Assembly (NCBI GenBank): GCA_000934665.2
Contig: KZ538690.1
Location: 1-53,514 of the forward strand
Origin: Catajapyx aquilonaris
Taxonomy: Eukaryota
Length of the DNA: 53,514 nt
Direction of reading: 5' to 3'
A program made the translations under genes and the position numbers. This document shows positions 48,151 to 53,514 of this stretch, piece by piece. The notes under the pieces were generated by a model that saw nothing but the letters and a program-made list of their open reading frames with translations, had not been told where the DNA came from and did no database searches. Each line of letters begins with the position of its first letter. Within the stretch, counting starts at the first letter, position 1.

Positions 48151-50164
48151 GTGGTGCTGAGTGGAGTCCATTTTTGAATGTCTTGGTCTGTGAACAGGTA
48201 TCAGACAGACAGGCAGAGCCGTGCTATAAGACTTTTTTCGATTTTCGGGTTCTGGGTTCAGGGTTCACTCTATCTGCCCCTTCCCCCTGGCTGCTCCCCC
48301 CCCCCNCCCCCATCCCCTTGACCGCCCATTCTCCCCAGACTGTCCCTTTCCCCCTGACCTCCCAGTTCCCCCACCGCACCCTCCCCCAGATCCAGTCCCG
48401 TGACTGACGTTGGGGACAATAGCAGTAAACATGAAAAAGTGTACTCTAATTACGCTCACGTGATTTGCCTATCTTGTTTGACAAGGTGACCTTTGTACCC
48501 AACACCTTGACCCCAGAAAATCACAAGAAGTTGTACAGCTAGTGACAACTGTCGAAGGTCATGCGAGTAGGATACTCAGAGTTGGCGTTTGTTTGTGGAG
48601 TAAGTTGTACAGTGCTGGACATTAATTCCATCATATTGCTAGAGACATTTTCCATTGCGGCAGAAGAGCACATCGAAGTGATGGAGTACGAGCCGTGCGA
48701 GTAACAAATTGTAGGCCCTGAGTGACATCACTAGCTGGGAGCAATCGAGAAAAAAGTCTTGCGCCCAGCCAGTGACGTACACTGTACACTGGGTCATCTC
48801 TTAAGAAGAATGGGATGGGACATGAGGTTGCTTTTAAGATTATTTCTAGAGGGTGTTGGGACTGGGCCTGTATCAGTTTCCATCCACTTCAGCCCAGTGG
48901 TTTGTTCACAGCAGTAGGGTCAAAAAATTGCTTGTTACTTTGATGTGCAGAGTATCAAAAATTATTTTTAGGCCATGTTTTATGATACCAATTGGTCCTT
49001 AGTGCAAGTTGGTATTTTCTTGGGAAATCGAAAAATAAGTAGAAAAATTAGCAAGTTACCTAATGATTGCAACAGAACCCTCCGTTACGATCTTGGCTGA
49101 TTTTTGAATGTGTTTTGTTTCATGTGTGAAATAGCCTCCGCCTCTAAATGTGTGTATGCCTTAAAGCATGAGTATGGCTATTATGGACAATTATTTTATT
49201 AATTTTGTGTTAATGTTGAGAGTACATATTGTTGTTGTATCTTTATTGCCTTTCGCAATGCAAGCAAAGTCATTCGTAATATTGAGTGGGCAATATAAGT
49301 TGGATCAGGGTAGGTAATGCTTCTTAAAATATACCAGAGGTGTATAATTGGGACAGAAAGGAATAGTACGCTATTGGGGGAAAAAAAAGAAGCTTTGTAC
49401 CCTCTCAAACAGTCCAGTGAGGATGCCAGTAGAAGAATGTGTGAGTGCAAGTTGATTCTTGCATGCTTCCACATGCTCTCTTTTGGCACTGCTTGCAGGG
49501 GTACAGGACTTTTTCTTTCTTTCTAGAAGTGTACATACAGGTGCAGTTGAATATTGGTGGATGGCTTGTGACATTTGATGTACAAATTGTGTACCTATCA
49601 TGTCTTAATTTGAGTGATACATGTTAATGAGTTGAGGGACAAGAAGGAGAAATACATGACATGAAATCCTTCACCATTTGTTATTTTGTTCTTGGCCTCT
49701 GCAACTGTTCTTGTGAAATGAATGGTGGGAAAATTGTATTCAGGATTGGAGTGTTCAACCTTTCTTACAATACTGAAGTGACAGGTCATGTGCAGGTCAC
49801 CTCTAAGTCACTTTTAAAAATGCAACTTTAAGGGTTGGGCAAGTGAACCAGAAGTTGAACACTCTTGCCTACAATATTACAAAAGCCTGTGATGCAATTT
49901 TTCTGTGTCTTTTTGAACCCACCCTTACTCCCAACCCATGTGAAATTGAATTGGTAGTATTGTGATGATTGCAAAGTCTTATCAATGTGCAACCAATATG
50001 ATGACCGTCACGTGCTGCCTGAAAAATCAGGAAATGATCTACTTTGCAAGAATGTCTCTTGGCACATTTCTTGTTGGGTGATCATTTTTAGTAGTTGTTC
50101 ACCTTTATGTTCCTGAAGAGTGTTAGCTGAGAAGTTTAATTTGCAATTTTACTACTTTGCTAAG

Positions 50165-50345
50165 GTCCTTCATACCACCAGTCCGGGATGAGGAGTCGGA
50201 AACACAACGAAAAGCACACGCCAAGAGGGTAAGGGAGACAAGGAGATCAACCCAAGGTGTTACATTGGAAGAGCTCAAGTCAGCTGAACAATTAGTGAAG
50301 AAGCAGCAAATACAACAAGCTGCACAGCAGATGCAGCAGGACCAG
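50165..50345 (+). CDS. PPP1R12A: MYPT1/Mbs coding exon with ROCK inhibitory phosphorylation motif
   Basis: tttgctaag| ... |gtacga; 181 nt, phase 2-0; SFIPPVRDEESETQRKAHAKRVRETRRSTQGVTLEELKSAEQ..., the hallmark MYPT1 inhibitory motif. The Thr696-equivalent codon is ACC at 50250-50252. Confidence 0.97.
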
Positions 50346-51063
50346 GTACGACACCTTAAAGGCCATTATTTATTAATGCTTTGGATTTTTATGTGGGAGC
50401 TTCCTTAATGGTGTATAATGTTGGGTGCAGAAAGGACTGTGAAGCTTAAGAGTCGAAATCTGGAGTTAACTTTGTGACAGACCTTTTAAAAAAATTATTG
50501 ATTGCAACTAGTGATTGGCTGTGCACAGCCAAACACCTAGTTGCATATTGAGGTACAATCTAGAGGGCCTAGAGGAAGAGAAGTAAAGCCTTTTGTATTG
50601 AATTGTTGGAGGAGTTAAAAAATAGGACATCAGATACTTCATGAGAAATTAAATTGTATTGACAAATAGACATGGAGGGGAAGAAATGGTAGATCTGCGA
50701 GCTATTTATTGTGACTGCTTGCTTTAGGTTGCATTTTGTGGCAAGGAGTAGAATTTATTGGTCTAACTTTTGATGAGTATGGCTGATTTCAACTCAGGGG
50801 CTACCAGTCTATTTCATTTAATAGTTGAATTTACCTACCGAGTGCATTTATAATTAATAATTCCAAATAATAATTGACAGAACACCTCATGAGTCAGGTT
50901 GGTGTGGCCATATTTGCAAAAGAAAAATTGTGAGAGAGGGAGGGAGTGTGTGTGAGAGAGAGAGGAAGCGGAAGAAGTTTGCATGATTCACTACTACACA
51001 ATAATTATAAATTGGACAGAGAAGGGAAGGAAAACAAATGACAAAAATCCTGTGTGGCTCTAG

Positions 51064-51333
51064 GCCCCTCCTTCGACCTCCACCAACACAGTGAGCGCCA
51101 CTAGCAGCCCCACTAGTAGTAGCGTGTCTGCTAGCACAAGAGTAGCATTGTCACAGCAGAGACCAGGAGAGGGTTGGGAGGAGAGGGAGGTGGTGGATGG
51201 TGGTGGTGGTGGTGGTGGTGGTGGTGGTGGTGGTGGTGGTGGTGGTCATGATGATGATGAGGAGGAAGGGAGTGTCATTATGGAACGCAGACCTTCCTGG
51301 AGATTAAAGCTTGATGAAAGCAACAGGAACAAA
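51064..51333 (+). CDS. PPP1R12A: MYPT1/Mbs coding exon (Ser/Thr-rich, poly-Gly, ERRPSWRL)
   Basis: ggctctag| ... |gtgagt; 270 nt, phase 0-0; APPSTSTNTVSATSSP...D-G16-HDDDEEEGSVIMERRPSWRLKLDESNRNK. Confidence 0.82.
51199..51246 (+). repeat. Coding (GGT)16 microsatellite, poly-Gly
   Basis: Perfect ggt x16, in frame within exon 51064-51333. Confidence 0.95.
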
Positions 51334-53345
51334 GTGAGTAGACAAGGCAGATAAAAAGTTTAACGCCTTCTCTCCCTCCCCAGTATTTTTCCTAGCACAT
51401 CTCATTTACCATATTTGTTAATTGTAACGTGAGCTACTCCCAATTATCTCTACTGTCTTGAGTGTGTGGTGAGACATTTTGGTCTTCCCAGTGCAGTGCC
51501 TATCATACACAAGAAAAGTTAATCTGAAGGATCAAGAATTGAAAAAGATTATATATATTAAGGCAGTCTTTTTACTGATATGAAACCTTCAGTGGGAGGG
51601 TCTCTTTAGTTGGTGAGTGCTAGCCTTTTCCTGCTGCCCATTTGTGTACCAATGAAAACGGTATGTTCCAGTTGAATAGTTTAAGTTAGCAATTATTTTG
51701 CATTAAGCTGCTTATTATAAATCACGTGTAACAGTTACATTTGGGGAATGTCAAAAGTATTTGCAGTTAACAGTGGGTTGACAGGGTGCATTCCTCTATC
51801 TCAATTTAAATTAAGCTAATTCATTTTAAGCATCGGAAATTAAACATTGGGAACCCATGGATATCCTAGGTCAGCGGTTGATCCCATTTTTTCATCCTTT
51901 TCACAGCCCTCAAAAATAACTATTCATAATAAATGGCAAGTGGGAAGTGAAAAATTGGTCACTGGATGTTTGCTTCAATTGGAGCACTGTTGCACCTATC
52001 GACACGGAAATGATACGGACACTTGTCAATGGTCAGCTTACCCCCAAGTGTCCGTACCATATTTGCACTGAGAGTCCTGTTTTATTTTAGACCGAGAGCC
52101 ATAAACTTATCATCCTCAGACCTTTGGCATCACTGGTTGTGTGCAAGTTCCAACTTTGTTCCTGGATTGTGGTTAGAAAATAATTGTTGGGAATCCATGT
52201 ATAACATTCAATACCTTTCCCTATACATACACAAATGCTATGCTACTATGATTTTTCTGCAAGAGGCAGTGAAGCATTTACTGGTACCAATTAAGGTACC
52301 AGTACTGTTCCCATTTAACCTCAGGTCTGAGGTTACAGGTACCAGCTGGTACCAGGCTGTAATTTGTACACAAAGGCAGGCACAACAAAGCTTAGCACAT
52401 GGCAACTTGAATTTTTTGCCCTTAGAAATGGAAACAAGACCTTTAGACAGTCCTTTTTTCACCTCAGTCCAAAGTCATTTTAGTGATGGCTTTGAAAAAT
52501 GAACATATTTGTTATTTGTGATCTATCATTTCATAGATGATTTTAGGCATGGGAAAGGAATTTTTAACATTGCCAAGATGAAGTAGCTTACATCTTGATA
52601 ATTGGGAGTACATGAGCATATTCTTCTTTTATCTCGCCTGTTCCTGTTGTGATGTGTAAAATGAGGCAGGGAATGCTAGTCCTTGGCCTTGCATATACTG
52701 GTAGTGCATGAGCAGTTTCTAGGGGACACTTTCTCTTCCCTATTTGAAAATATGACTACAAGATCCACACAAAACCAGAGAGGCTTATGTGATGTGCGTA
52801 TGATTAGTAGCACCAAAATGGCATGAGTCTGGGGTGATGTTGCAACTGACATTTTATTTTTAATTGGTGTTCTCTTTTGTGTTGATGTTTATGCCACTAA
52901 TCTGTGTGAGATTAAGACTGATATTGATTTACCAATAGAGAGAAATTTTGCATTTATAGCTAAACATTATTTCACTGATTCAAGCATCATGAGTGTAAGT
53001 CACTTGTTAGTCATGCTGTATAATAACCTCCGAAATATGCATGCAAATAATTCCAAAAGTGACATAATTTGCATCGGAAATGAATGTTTTCTTGATAAAG
53101 GTCAGTAAATGCCAAATATCAGCACATTTATTACTTTTCGTGTATTTATTAATAATTTATTTATAATAATTATTTTTGTTTCAAGTGACAGCATTGATAA
53201 GAATTTGTTATGTTCACAAGGGATGTTAAAATTAATTTTACCTGACCAGGAAGCAATAAACCTACAAACACAAAAATAAACAGGCATATTTTGCCATTTG
53301 TAAAACGTGCCCAGATGAAATAATAGAAAAATTGAATTAATAATA

Positions 53346-53514
53346 CAGTGAAACCTGTCCATAACGGGCTCTGATTATAGCAGAACCCTGGTCATTGCAG
53401 AATTTTTTGAGGAACAGACATACGAGGGAGGGTCAAAAAGTTATCTACCTAGGTATGAAGGACATGGCTTAGCGGCATAATTTTTTAATTATAGGTACTT
53501 TCAACCCTTCTTGT
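53346..53514. mobile_element. Left ends of a Tigger-like element and a nested mariner-like element, running off the window
   Basis: TA+cagtgaaacctgtccataacgg at 53346; TA+cgagggagggtcaaaaagtt at 53423. Partner TIRs are not in the window. Confidence 0.45.

Noticed and set aside
47348..48407. Two + strand ORFs of 169 and 188 aa
   Set aside because: No recognisable domain or splice context; the only signal is a decayed transposase on the opposite strand.

Overview
Eukaryotic (arthropod, probably insect) genomic DNA, not a prokaryotic region. The + strand carries 13 internal coding exons (17963-51333; 2244 nt = 748 codons, all splice phases compatible) of the myosin phosphatase targeting subunit gene (MYPT1/PPP1R12A, Drosophila Mbs). 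These cover the ankyrin repeats, an acidic/Ser-rich linker, basophilic kinase motifs and the ROCK inhibitory motif RRSTQGV. I could not find the first exon (RVxF/KVKF) or the C-terminal leucine-zipper exons, so they probably lie outside the window. The introns are dense with non-autonomous DNA transposons (hAT, Tc1/mariner/pogo, Kolobok-like, P-like, Harbinger-like), often nested up to four deep, plus tRNA-derived SINEs, decayed transposase fragments, microsatellites and one assembly gap. Most ORFs in the supplied track are spurious. Best leads: a symmetric cassette exon that toggles an RRS phospho-site next to the ROCK site; an almost perfect 83-bp intronic hairpin; inverted repeat pairs bracketing the exon block (circRNA/dsRNA potential); a four-layer transposon nest; a fold-back element made of two mariner 5' ends; (CA)n-embedded elements carrying TTAGG telomere-type repeats; and a P-like element with asymmetric ends. 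I saw no convincing novel multi-gene system.
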